Below, in pieces: positions 19,574-28,857 of a DNA stretch of 64,000 nucleotides (positions are counted from its first letter, which is position 1; the number at the start of each line of letters is the position of its first letter). The translations under genes were made by a program, and so were the position numbers. The notes beneath the pieces are model-generated. The model was not told the origin of the DNA and ran no database searches. It was given only the letters and a program-made list of their open reading frames with translations. Source of the stretch: Cellulomonadaceae bacterium (lineage in GTDB: Bacteria > Actinomycetota > Actinomycetes > Actinomycetales > Cellulomonadaceae); assembly GCA_031551755.1 (NCBI GenBank), contig JAVBNE010000006.1, forward strand, positions 56,737 to 120,736. The letters are read 5' to 3'.

Positions 19574-20494
19574 TCAGTCACCGGACTGCTGAGCGAGGAA
19601 ACGCTCGAACTCAGCGCCCAACTCCTCGGCCGTCGGAATGGGGCCGGACTCGGCCAACAGATTGCGCCGGCCCAAGGAGTTGGCGACCGCGTCGTACTGT
19701 TCCTCGAGCGCATGGACCACGGCTGCCACCTCGGCGGACTCGGCCACCTGCCGCTCGACCTCCGTTGTCGCCTCGGCTGCCGCCTCTAAGAGACCCGCAC
19801 TGTCCAGCAGCAGACCGGTCGAACGCTCGACCGCCTCCAGGGCGACCACCGCGGCAGGCGGGAACGGCGATTGGGCCAGGTAGTGGGGCACGTGCACGGT
19901 GAACCCGGCCGCGTCCTTGTCCGCTTGACCGAGCCGCAGCTCCAACAGTGCCGCGAGGCTGGCCGGCACCTGGACTGTGCCGAACCAGGCGGGATGCTCA
20001 CCGAGCAGACCGGGCCGGGTGCCGTGAGCCGTCAGCGAAAGCGGGCGGGTATGCGGGATGCCCATCGGGATGCCGTGGATGCCGAGGGTGAGCGAGACAC
20101 CGAAGGCGTCGATCAGCTCCCGCAGCGCACCGATCACCCGTTCCCAGCGCAGGTCCGGCTCAACCCCGTGCAGCAGGAGGAACCCGGTGCCCTCCGCGTC
20201 GCGAACATGATCGATGACGAGGTAGGGGTCCTCGTAGTCGGTCCAGCGGTCCGAGCGGAATGTCATCGGTGTCCGCTTCGACCGGTAGTCGAGCAAGTCG
20301 TCGACGGCGAAGGTGACGAGCCGCGTCACCGGGAACCGGGTGAGCAGGTGTTCGACGGCGAGTTCGCCCGCGCTGCCCGCGTCGATGAACCCCGTCATGG
20401 CGTGCACCAGCACAGGCCCGGCACCGGCCGCCGCCGGGCCGATTAGCCGCGCAGCGGCCTCGGTGTCGATGCCGTATATCCGTGCCTCAGTCAT
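19574..20494 (-). CDS. PAC2 (proteasome assembly chaperone 2-like) family protein
   Basis: 306 aa. PVLVHAMTGFIDAGSAG...LLLHGVEPDLRWE...HVPHYLA resembles actinobacterial PAC2 proteins. Confidence 0.65.
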   Translation of the reverse strand: MTEARIYGIDTEAAARLIGPAAAGAGPVLVHAMTGFIDAGSAGELAVEHLLTRFPVTRLVTFAVDDLLDYRSKRTPMTFRSDRWTDYEDPYLVIDHVRDAEGTGFLLLHGVEPDLRWERVIGALRELIDAFGVSLTLGIHGIPMGIPHTRPLSLTAHGTRPGLLGEHPAWFGTVQVPASLAALLELRLGQADKDAAGFTVHVPHYLAQSPFPPAAVVALEAVERSTGLLLDSAGLLEAAAEATTEVERQVAESAEVAAVVHALEEQYDAVANSLGRRNLLAESGPIPTAEELGAEFERFLAQQSGD

Positions 20495-20700
20495 TCGTCC
20501 TCCTCGTTGCGCCGTCGCAGGTCACGACCGGTCATCTGGCCATTCCGGCGACCCAAGGACGATAACAACGCAGCCCACCGGTTCCTTCCCGGTCCACTGT
20601 CGACGACCGCAGATCAGGCACCTGGACGCGAACCCCCGCCGATGAGCAATAATGGACGGCCGCGCGGCATGCCCGTCGCCCATCGGACCAAAGGAAACAC

Positions 20701-22941
20701 GTGACGTTAGCGAGCGAGCTCCGCTACGAGCAAGAAGTCGTGGACGGTTTGTATGCGCGTCTCGACGAACTGCGCACGAATACCCGCTCGCGGCTGACCG
20801 CAGTCCGCCGCGAAGGCCCCTCGGGCTCACCGCAGAACCGCTCCGAACGCGATGCCTTCGCGACCTTGTACGAAGACCGGATCGCCCAGCTCGAAGCCGT
20901 CGAGGACCGATTGGCCTTCGGGCGGCTGGACCGCAGCGACGAGACGCTCTACGTCGGCCGCATCGGTCTCACTGATGAGGACCATGTCCCGATCCTCACC
21001 GACTGGCGAGCACCGGCCGCCCAGGCGTTCTACCGGGCCACCGCGGCCAGGCCCGACGGCGTACGCCGCCGCCGACATCTGGTCACCCGCGGCCGTGAGG
21101 TCACCGGGCTGGAGGACGACCTCCTGGAACTCGACCCCGATGCGGGTGCCGACGGGCTGGCCGGAGAGGGCGCCTTGCTGGCTGCGATGGCCGCTGGCCG
21201 CACTGGGCGGATGGGCGACATCGTCGCCACCATCCAGGCGGAGCAGGATGCGATCATCCGCGCCGACATGACCGGCGCCCTCGTGGTACAGGGCGGTCCA
21301 GGCACCGGAAAGACGGCGGTCGCACTCCATCGGGCAGCGTATCTGCTGTATGGGCACCGGCGGATGCTCGAACGCTCGGGCGTCCTCATCGTCGGCCCCA
21401 GCCATTCCTTCTTGCGGTACATCGACCAAGTGCTGCCCTCCCTGGGCGAGACCGGAGTCGTCAGCGCAACGATCGCGGATCTCGTACCCGGTGTCGTGGT
21501 CGACGGCGAGGACGATCCCGCCGTCGCTCGCATCAAGGGTCGTACCGCGATGGCCCGGGTCATCGACCGAGCCATCGCGGCCCGTCGACGCATTCCTGCG
21601 GCGGACACACCGATCCGGGTCGAGGGGCACGATCTGGTCATCCGCCGCCGAGACATCCAGGATGCCATCGGGAAGGCGCGAAGGACTCACAAGCCGCACA
21701 ACCTAGCTCGGGTCAGCTTCGTCCGCGAAATGCTCAACCGACTGAGTGCCCAGTACGCCGCCCAGCTCGGGTACACCCTGGATGCCGACGACCGGGCGGC
21801 GATCACCGAGGAGCTTCGGGGCGAACGGGCAGTGCGGCGGTCACTGAACCTCGCCTGGTTCCCGCTGACCCCCGAAGGGTTGATCCGGGACCTCTACGCC
21901 AAGCCGCACCGCCTGGCGGAGGCGGCGAGGGAGCTGAACGAGGAGGATCGTCGCCTGCTCGCACGGCCGACCGACTCCCCCTGGACGCCCGCGGATGTGC
22001 CCCTGCTCGATGAAGCCGCCGAGCTGCTCGGCTACGACGATCAGGCGGCTCGCCTCCAGTCACAGGCCCAGGCCGCGCAGCGCGCAGCCGACGTGGACTA
22101 CGCGCGCCAGGTGCTCGCCAACAGCAGTGCGAGCGCCTTCGTCGACGCTGAGGCACTCGCGGACCGGTTCGCGGAATCCGGGCCGCGCCTGACCACCGCT
22201 GAACGAGCCGCACAGGACCGGTCGTGGACCTATGGGCACATCGTGGTCGATGAGGCGCAGGAGCTCTCCCCCATGGCCTGGCGAATGCTCGTCCGACGCT
22301 GCCCGTCTCGTTCGATGACGATCGTGGGTGACGTCGCCCAGACCTCGGCGCCGGCTGGCGCGCGGTCGTGGACACGCATGCTCGACCCGATCCTGCAGGA
22401 CAGCTGGCGTCTCGCCGAACTGACCGTGAACTACCGGACCCCGGCCGCGATCGCCGAGGCGGCGGGTCGCGTGGCCGTGGCCGCCGGCTTGCCGGTCTCG
22501 GAACTGACATCCGCCCGGGACGTGGCGCAAGCGCTCCGGTTCATCGAAGTGCTGCCGGGACCGGACCCGATGGCAGACCTGGTGGCCGCAGCGGCTCAAG
22601 CCGCCGAAGGCGCCCGGGATGAGTTCACCGGTGACGGGGTCGGCAGGGTCGCCGTGCTGGCAACATCCGATCTCCTGGGACCGCTACGCGCGGCACTGGG
22701 CACGCCAGTATCGGACGCGGACGACGAACCGCTCGTGGTCCTGACCCCCGCCCACAGCAAAGGGCTCGAGTTCGACGCGGTGATCCTCGTCGAACCCGCC
22801 GCGATCCTCCAGGGGTCGCCGACCACCACAACCGGTTCCGGGAGCGCGGGTGCTTCGGACCTCTACGTCGCGATGACCAGGCCGACGCAACGACTGGTGG
22901 TGGTTCATCACCGCCCGCTTCCGCCGGGTCTGCGAAGCTGA
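20701..22941 (+). CDS. HelD-like UvrD/Rep superfamily-1 helicase (RNA polymerase-associated type)
   Basis: 746 aa. It has an N-terminal coiled segment, LYVGRIGL...DWRAPAAQAFY, Walker A VVQGGPGTGKTAVALHRAAYLLY, and IVVDEAQELS. Confidence 0.75.
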   Translation: MTLASELRYEQEVVDGLYARLDELRTNTRSRLTAVRREGPSGSPQNRSERDAFATLYEDRIAQLEAVEDRLAFGRLDRSDETLYVGRIGLTDEDHVPILTDWRAPAAQAFYRATAARPDGVRRRRHLVTRGREVTGLEDDLLELDPDAGADGLAGEGALLAAMAAGRTGRMGDIVATIQAEQDAIIRADMTGALVVQGGPGTGKTAVALHRAAYLLYGHRRMLERSGVLIVGPSHSFLRYIDQVLPSLGETGVVSATIADLVPGVVVDGEDDPAVARIKGRTAMARVIDRAIAARRRIPAADTPIRVEGHDLVIRRRDIQDAIGKARRTHKPHNLARVSFVREMLNRLSAQYAAQLGYTLDADDRAAITEELRGERAVRRSLNLAWFPLTPEGLIRDLYAKPHRLAEAARELNEEDRRLLARPTDSPWTPADVPLLDEAAELLGYDDQAARLQSQAQAAQRAADVDYARQVLANSSASAFVDAEALADRFAESGPRLTTAERAAQDRSWTYGHIVVDEAQELSPMAWRMLVRRCPSRSMTIVGDVAQTSAPAGARSWTRMLDPILQDSWRLAELTVNYRTPAAIAEAAGRVAVAAGLPVSELTSARDVAQALRFIEVLPGPDPMADLVAAAAQAAEGARDEFTGDGVGRVAVLATSDLLGPLRAALGTPVSDADDEPLVVLTPAHSKGLEFDAVILVEPAAILQGSPTTTTGSGSAGASDLYVAMTRPTQRLVVVHHRPLPPGLRS

Positions 22942-23122
22942 CCGTCGAGCCGTCGCAGGCCTGATCGCACCCAGGCGAACCGGCCGATGACCCAGGGACC
23001 CGTGCCGGGACGTCTGCTCAGCCTTGCCGACTCGAAGCGGCGGCTGATCGCTGATAGGGCCGGAACCGTCCGAGGGTCAAGATCGGTTTGTCCGCAACCG
23101 GCTCCGGGCGCACCATGGACCG

Positions 23123-24322
23123 GTGCTACGAGCCCTGCTCCTCGAGAGCCTGCATCCCCTTGCCGCCACCACCCTTGAGCGTCTCGGGGTGGACGTCACT
23201 GTCCGCACGGGCGCACTGGACGAGTCCGAACTCATCGACGCCCTCCAGGGGGTCCACCTGCTCGGTATCAGGTCGAAGACGAACGTCACCGCGAACGTGC
23301 TGGAACACGCCCCTGACCTCCTGGCCGTCGGCGCATACTGCATCGGCACCAATCAGATCGACCTGACTGCCGCTGCTACGAACGGCGTCGCGGTCTTCAA
23401 CGCGCCCTTCCAGAACACTCGCTCGGTGGTGGAGATCGCGCTCGCCGAAATTATCGCTCTTACTCGGCGGCTGACCGAACGCGACCGCGCCCTTCATGAG
23501 GGCATCTGGGACAAGTCCGCAGACGGCGCCCACGAGGTGCGCGGCCGGACTCTCGGAATCATCGGCTACGGCAACATCGGCACACAGCTATCGATCGTCG
23601 CGGAGAACCTCGGCATGTCCGTGGTCTTCTTCGACACTGCGGAGAAGCTCGCGCTGGGCAACGCCCGTCGGATGGGCTCCCTGGATGAACTACTTGAAAC
23701 GGCCGATATCGTCTCGTTGCATGTCGATGGCAGGACCGGGAATGCGGGACTCTTCGGTGCCGCCCAGTTCGACCGGATGCGCCCGGGTGCCATCTTCCTC
23801 AACCTCTCGCGAGGATTCGTGGTCGACTACGCCGCATTGCGCGCAGCCATTCTCAGCGGACACGTCGCCGGGGCCGCGGCCGATGTTTTCCCGGAGGAGC
23901 CCAAGAGCCGCGGTGACCATTTCGACTCGGATCTACGCGGACTGCCGAATGTCATTCTGACTCCACATATCGGTGGTTCCACCCAAGAGGCACAAGAGGC
24001 CATTGGCGTTTACGTATCGAATAAGCTCCGCGAGTACGTGACAACCGGCTCGACGACACTCGCGGTCAATGTGCCGAACCTTGCCCTGGACCAAACCACC
24101 GGCGTTGCCCGCATCACGCATCTGCACCACAACACGCCCGGGGTGCTCGCGGCGGTCAATGCCACCCTCGCCGAACACGGCACAAACATCGAGGGTCAGT
24201 TGCTCGCCACCCACGGAGAGTTCGGATACGTCGTCACGGATGTGGGGGCCGAACTGGAACCCGATGTCATTGCCGCACTTGAGGCGATGGAGTCGACGAT
24301 CCGACTGCGCGTGCTGGACTAA
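23123..24322 (+). CDS. serA: D-3-phosphoglycerate dehydrogenase
   Basis: 399 aa, a 2-hydroxyacid dehydrogenase fold (GIIGYGNIGTQ NAD loop, catalytic ...LTPHIGGST...) with a C-terminal ACT-like domain. Confidence 0.85.
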   Translation: MLRALLLESLHPLAATTLERLGVDVTVRTGALDESELIDALQGVHLLGIRSKTNVTANVLEHAPDLLAVGAYCIGTNQIDLTAAATNGVAVFNAPFQNTRSVVEIALAEIIALTRRLTERDRALHEGIWDKSADGAHEVRGRTLGIIGYGNIGTQLSIVAENLGMSVVFFDTAEKLALGNARRMGSLDELLETADIVSLHVDGRTGNAGLFGAAQFDRMRPGAIFLNLSRGFVVDYAALRAAILSGHVAGAAADVFPEEPKSRGDHFDSDLRGLPNVILTPHIGGSTQEAQEAIGVYVSNKLREYVTTGSTTLAVNVPNLALDQTTGVARITHLHHNTPGVLAAVNATLAEHGTNIEGQLLATHGEFGYVVTDVGAELEPDVIAALEAMESTIRLRVLD

Positions 24323-24450
24323 GAGTCGGCAACCAGTAACAGGTACCGCCGTTCCAGCAATCGTCGCACGCCCGCGCCAGGGACCTTGGCCTCTGTCGGC
24401 TGCGCCGCTGGTCCCAATACGGATCTGCGTCGCGCATGCCATCATGAGTC

Positions 24451-24876
24451 ATGACTGGATATTCAACTGAGCCCATTGCCCCGTTGACCAGTGCAGAATG
24501 CTGGCAATTAGTAGAGGGCACCCATCTTGCCCGTTTGGCCGTCAGCGTCAGTGGTGAGCCGGACATTTTCCCGATTACTGTCTTCGGCGCCGAGGGAACC
24601 CTGACTTTCCGCACGGTCCCCGGCACAAAACTCGCCTCGCTGGTGACCAACCATCGCGTAGCGGTCGAATGGGATGGTTGCGACCAACACTACGCCTGGA
24701 GCATCGTGGTCCACGCCCAGGCCCAACGCCGCGCTCCACACCACGCGGACGAGACGATCGAACGAGCCGCGAGAAAGATCCGTCCGATCATTGATTTCCC
24801 CGCGGAGGATTGGGTCGTCCTGACACCGATTACGGTGACCGGTCGACGGTTCCGCCGGGCGAACCCCTCGGCGTAA
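24451..24876 (+). CDS. pyridoxamine 5'-phosphate oxidase-like (FMN-binding split barrel) protein
   Basis: 141 aa. LTSAECWQLVEGTHLARLAV...PDIFPI is typical of the PPOX-class family. The assignment is from sequence pattern only. Confidence 0.55.
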   Translation: MTGYSTEPIAPLTSAECWQLVEGTHLARLAVSVSGEPDIFPITVFGAEGTLTFRTVPGTKLASLVTNHRVAVEWDGCDQHYAWSIVVHAQAQRRAPHHADETIERAARKIRPIIDFPAEDWVVLTPITVTGRRFRRANPSA

Positions 24877-24939
24877 CGAGAGGACGTTGACCTGGTGGCG
24901 GCCGGGGCAAAGCCCCTGACCGCCACCCGCAGGTGGCCC

Positions 24940-25131
24940 TCAGCCGGACTTGCGCCGGAAGGTGCGCTGCACCGGGCCGACTGTCTCCGACCCGTGCACC
25001 GATCCGGTGTTCGCATCGCCCTCGGCTGTCCGGTGTCGGCCGGCGTTCTTGCGCTCCAGGGCTTCCCGGAACTTGGCCTTGGCCTCCTCGCTCGGCTTCA
25101 CCTTCGAATCGCTGCTTTCGCTGCTCGGCAT
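24940..25131 (-). CDS. small basic protein, DUF5302-like
   Basis: 63 aa. KAKFREALERKN...FRRKSG at the C-terminus, with a GAGGAGG RBS 4 nt upstream of the ATG. Confidence 0.5.
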   Translation of the reverse strand: MPSSESSDSKVKPSEEAKAKFREALERKNAGRHRTAEGDANTGSVHGSETVGPVQRTFRRKSG

Positions 25132-25748
25132 CGTTCCTCCTCATCATGGCCCCGTCACCTACCGAGGCTGCCACCACACAGCTTGCGTTTGTGAACTACC
25201 ACGGAGCCGGGGTAACGGGCGTGTGCCTGCCAGCCTTGCGCAGCATCGACCCAAAAGCCACCCCGCGGCGGCGTGTCGCGCCGAACGAGCGGCCACGTCA
25301 GGAGCCAGGGCTGTGACGCTGGAATGATCGGACACACCCTGAGGGGCGACGTGGTCAGGCCAAGACGAGGACCACGAAGAGAATCACTGCGCGCGCAAAT
25401 GCACCCGCCAGGAAAATAGTGGCCCAGGACCCACTTCCTCTGTCATCCGTCGAAGAATCGCCACTCCGATAGAGTCTGATTCCTGGTACATTCTAGCCTC
25501 CGGCGGCGTGCGTACCGCATCGCCGTAGAACCGAACAAGGCAAGAAGCACTCCATTTCAGCTCTTTCAGCCTGAAATACGGAACGCCTAATTCTCGCCCG
25601 GGGAACAAACGCTTTTCAGGGTTTCGCACGATTTATCGTCGCTCACTGCACTTCGTCTTGCCGATCTTGCGCTTTGCGGGCCGAGGAATTCTTCGGGTTG
25701 GGGAAGCCGACATGGGGACCCGTTCCCCACGGACCCGCCGAACTAATC

Positions 25749-26252
25749 CTATCCCGCGGAATCGATCGCGGAGTCCTCGGACACCTTTCCATCAGTTGCC
25801 CGCTCGGCGTGTTCCAGCCGCAGAGACGTGATCGCACTCTCAAAGTCCTCCAGCGAATCGAAAGCGCGGTAGACACTCGCGAATCGCAGGTAAGCCACCT
25901 CATCGAGTTCGCGAAGCGGGCCAAGAATGGCCAACCCGATCTCATTGGCCTCCAACTCGGCGGTTCCGCTCGCACGAATGGTCTCCTCCACCCGCTGGGC
26001 CAAAAGCGCAAGGTCATCTTCGTTGACCGGCCGGCCCTGGCATGCCTTACGCACCCCGTTGACGATCTTCTCACGGGAAAAGGGCTCGGTCGCGCCGGAT
26101 CTCTTCACAACGGTGAGACTGGCCGTCTCGATCGTGGTGAAGCGTCGTTGACACGCCGGACACTGACGGCGACGACGAATGGATGTGCCGTCGTCGGCCG
26201 TCCGGGAGTCGATGACCCGCGAATCGGCATTGCGGCAGAACGGACAGTGCAT
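25749..26252 (-). CDS. nrdR: transcriptional repressor NrdR
   Basis: [17 protein letters not shown]...[17 protein letters not shown] is a zinc ribbon, followed by an ATP-cone domain. The track ORF is extended at the N-terminus; the start is placed at ATG 26252. Confidence 0.93.
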   Translation of the reverse strand: MHCPFCRNADSRVIDSRTADDGTSIRRRRQCPACQRRFTTIETASLTVVKRSGATEPFSREKIVNGVRKACQGRPVNEDDLALLAQRVEETIRASGTAELEANEIGLAILGPLRELDEVAYLRFASVYRAFDSLEDFESAITSLRLEHAERATDGKVSEDSAIDSAG

Positions 26253-26383
26253 GGAGGTCACTCCTGGGCTCGGCAACGCCGAGGGTACGGTGGGGCCGGG
26301 TCCCTGGCTCGTCGAACGTATTGCGTAGGTGCCGCTATGCGCAAGAGAGCACGATTGGAACCTCCTGGTCAGCCCCCAGGATC

Positions 26384-26701
26384 TCACTCCACCGGCAGCA
26401 GGATGCGTTGCCCTACCGTCAGCCTGCCCGATTCCAGTCCGTTGAGATCGACGATGTCCGCAACGACGTCCCGCACGTCCTGTCCCGAACCGGCCGCGAC
26501 ACGAGCGTAGCCCCACAACGTATCCCCCGCGGCGACGGTGTGGACGCGCACCTGCGTAGGGGTCGACTCCGAGGCTGCAAAAGCGATCTTGCCGCCCCAG
26601 CCAAGGCCACCTGCCATCAGGAACGCCAAGAGCGCGAAGACCACCCGACCGCGCGTCGTCAGCCGTAGTGGACCACCGTGACCAGTCGACACCTCACCCA
26701 T
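26384..26701 (-). CDS. membrane-anchored LysM-domain protein (ChiZ-like)
   Basis: TM segment [14 protein letters not shown] plus a C-terminal LysM ([13 protein letters not shown]...[18 protein letters not shown]). ATG 26701 lies behind AAGGAGG. It is divergent from lexA and upstream of nrdR, like M. tuberculosis Rv2719c. Confidence 0.7.
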   Translation of the reverse strand: MGEVSTGHGGPLRLTTRGRVVFALLAFLMAGGLGWGGKIAFAASESTPTQVRVHTVAAGDTLWGYARVAAGSGQDVRDVVADIVDLNGLESGRLTVGQRILLPVE

Positions 26702-26770
26702 CACGTCCTCCTTCAACCGATCATCCCGGGCATCCGGATCACCTTCCCCGGTCGATCCGGATACCCGAGT

Positions 26771-26801
26771 TCGAACATCTGTATGACGAACACCTGTACG
26801 A
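26771..26801. promoter_or_regulatory. two overlapping degenerate LexA-box-like sites
   Basis: TCGAACatctGTATGA (26771-26786) and ACGAACacctGTACGA (26786-26801). Each keeps the GAAC half-site, with 1-2 mismatches in the second half. Confidence 0.4.
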
Positions 26802-26838
26802 AGGTCTATCACGCAACACTGACAAAGTCGAGACACTC

Positions 26839-26854
26839 TCGAACACGTGTTTGA
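26839..26854. promoter_or_regulatory. LexA SOS box in the lexA / LysM divergent intergenic region
   Basis: TCGAACACGTGTTTGA has one mismatch to TCGAAC-N4-GTTCGA. It lies between the LysM start (26701) and the lexA start (27049). Confidence 0.7.
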
Positions 26855-27048
26855 TTCGCGTGGCTTCGTCCCCTAACCTGTACCCAGGTCGAGTCACCCG
26901 TTCGAACCAGTTCCGGCCGTCGGCTCCAGCAGCTCTGGACCTGGGGCAGTCCGATCGGCGGCCAACAGGCGCGACGGTAGACCGACCCAGTGACAGACAG
27001 ACCAAGCGGTCCCCGGACCGGCGGCAATCAGACAGTGCGGAGGCGACC

Positions 27049-27777
27049 ATGACCGGACGCGAGCCAGGCGATGCGTCGTTGGCGAAGGTCCATGAGCTAC
27101 GCGACCGTTCAGCCGCCGACGACGGTCTCACCGGACGGCAACGACTCATCCTGGAAACCATCCGCTCGCGCGTGGAGAGCCGGGGCTACCCGCCGAGCAT
27201 GCGTGAGATCGGCGAGGCTGTGGGTCTGACGAGCCCGTCAAGCGTCAAGCACCAACTGACCACGCTCGAACGCAAGGGCTACCTGCGCCGTGACCCGAAC
27301 CGCCCCCGTGCGATTGAGGTCGTGCAGCCGGACGACGCTCGCCGGGTGACCTCAACAGACCACGGCGGCTCGTCGACCCTCGAGTTCAACGATGCCCACC
27401 CAGCACCGTCCTATGTGCCGGTGGTCGGCCGAATCGCCGCCGGCGGGCCGATTCTCGCGGAGCAGGCCGTCGAGGACGTCTTCCCACTCCCCCGGCAACT
27501 GGTCGGCGACGGCGAGTTGTTCCTGCTGAAGGTCGTCGGCGACTCAATGATCGACGCCGCCATCTGCGACGGCGACTGGGTCGTCGTTCGCCGCCAGCCG
27601 GTTGCCGAGAACGGTGAGATCGTGGCAGCAATGATCGACGGCGAAGCGACCGTGAAGACGTTCAAGCGGTCCGCTGGCCACATCTGGCTCATGCCGCACA
27701 ACCCGGCGTACACACCCATCCCTGGCGACGACGCGCAGATCCTCGGCCGGGTCGTGAGCGTGCTCCGTAGCCTCTAG
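27049..27777 (+). CDS. lexA: LexA repressor
   Basis: [53 protein letters not shown] is a winged HTH, followed by an S24 peptidase C-terminal domain (VVGDSM...). The start is placed at ATG 27049, behind GCGGAGG. The track ORF is over-extended. Confidence 0.93.
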   Translation: MTGREPGDASLAKVHELRDRSAADDGLTGRQRLILETIRSRVESRGYPPSMREIGEAVGLTSPSSVKHQLTTLERKGYLRRDPNRPRAIEVVQPDDARRVTSTDHGGSSTLEFNDAHPAPSYVPVVGRIAAGGPILAEQAVEDVFPLPRQLVGDGELFLLKVVGDSMIDAAICDGDWVVVRRQPVAENGEIVAAMIDGEATVKTFKRSAGHIWLMPHNPAYTPIPGDDAQILGRVVSVLRSL

Positions 27778-27834
27778 GGAGCCGCTTCCGTCGCTCCCCG
27801 CACAACAAATGCTGAAGCCGCGACCCACGCTTGC

Positions 27835-28818
27835 TCAAAGGCCGAAGCGCCGGGCAACCTGCCGCAACGAATCAGCCGAGGCATGGAGTCCCTGCAGTTC
27901 TTCGTCTGAGACCGAGACATGCACCCGCTGGGAGCAGCCGCGCCGGTCGACCAAAGAAGGCAGCGAGAGGCACACATCCTCGATACCGTACTCTCCGGTG
28001 ATAAGCGACGAGACCGGCAGAATGCGGTGTTCATCGCCCAGGATCGCCTCGATGATCCGGGTACCGGCGAGCCCGACGGCGTAGTTCGTCGCACCCTTCC
28101 CCTCGATGATCTGGTAGGCGGAACGCACCACTTCGTGGGCGATCTCGCGCCGCACCTCCTCGGTCAACGGCGGGTGCCCGACGATTCCCGGCCAGTCGAG
28201 CAGCGGCGCCCCACCGATCGTGGCCGAACTCCACAGTGGGATCTCGCTATCACCGTGTTCGCCCGCAATGTAGGCATGAACATTCTGCACGGCGACCCCG
28301 CAGTACTGCGCGACTTGAAACCGCAGACGCGAGGAATCGAGCACCGTTCCGCTGCCAAACAGCTGCGCGGGGGGAAGCCCGGAGATCTTGAGTGCAGCGT
28401 ACGTAACGATGTCGACGGGGTTTGTGACCATCACAAAGACCGCGCGAGGAGCTACTTCGACCAATCCCGGCAACACCTTGTGCACCAGGTTTATCGTGGC
28501 CTCGGCCAGGTCGAGGCGAGTCTGGCCGGAACGTTGTTTAGCACCCGCTGTCACCAAGACGACATCGGCATCGGCACACACAGCCACGTCATCGGAGCCT
28601 TCGACTTTCGCCATCGGCATGAACTGGATGCCGTGTTGCAGGTCCAGCACCTCGGCCTCGACCTTGGCCCGATTGACGTCGAGCAATGCCACCGTCCGCG
28701 CCGCGCCCCGCATCAAAGTGGCATAGGCCAGCGTTGAGCCGACAGCACCCGCACCGACGACCGCGACCTTGGTCGTCCGGGTGGTCACTTGGGAGTTCGA
28801 CGTCTCGGCCGTCATCAC
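27835..28818 (-). CDS. ldh: L-lactate dehydrogenase
   Basis: KVAVVGAGAVGS NAD loop, MVTNPVDI, and IAGEHGDSE with the catalytic His. 327 aa. Confidence 0.85.
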   Translation of the reverse strand: MMTAETSNSQVTTRTTKVAVVGAGAVGSTLAYATLMRGAARTVALLDVNRAKVEAEVLDLQHGIQFMPMAKVEGSDDVAVCADADVVLVTAGAKQRSGQTRLDLAEATINLVHKVLPGLVEVAPRAVFVMVTNPVDIVTYAALKISGLPPAQLFGSGTVLDSSRLRFQVAQYCGVAVQNVHAYIAGEHGDSEIPLWSSATIGGAPLLDWPGIVGHPPLTEEVRREIAHEVVRSAYQIIEGKGATNYAVGLAGTRIIEAILGDEHRILPVSSLITGEYGIEDVCLSLPSLVDRRGCSQRVHVSVSDEELQGLHASADSLRQVARRFGL

Positions 28819-28857
28819 GTCTCCGGTGGTGAGGTGTTCCGGGCGTGCGGAGCGGTC

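Noticed and set aside
20495-20700. Looked for a rifamycin-associated palindromic element upstream of the HelD-like gene, and for a RecA-NDp motif (TGTCGACG-N8-TCAGGC)
   Set aside because: No GC-rich 19-bp palindrome is present. The TGTCG match has no TAnnnT hexamer at the required spacing.
25384-25629. 81-aa ORF in the AT-rich island
   Set aside because: It is not called as a CDS because of atypical codon bias and the absence of recognisable motifs. It is kept only as part of the AT-rich-island finding.
26668-27048. N-terminal extension of lexA (369-aa track ORF), and likewise the 26702..26836 extension of the LysM ORF
   Set aside because: The extensions cover the SOS-box region and are low-complexity. 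Internal starts with good RBSs give canonical protein lengths.
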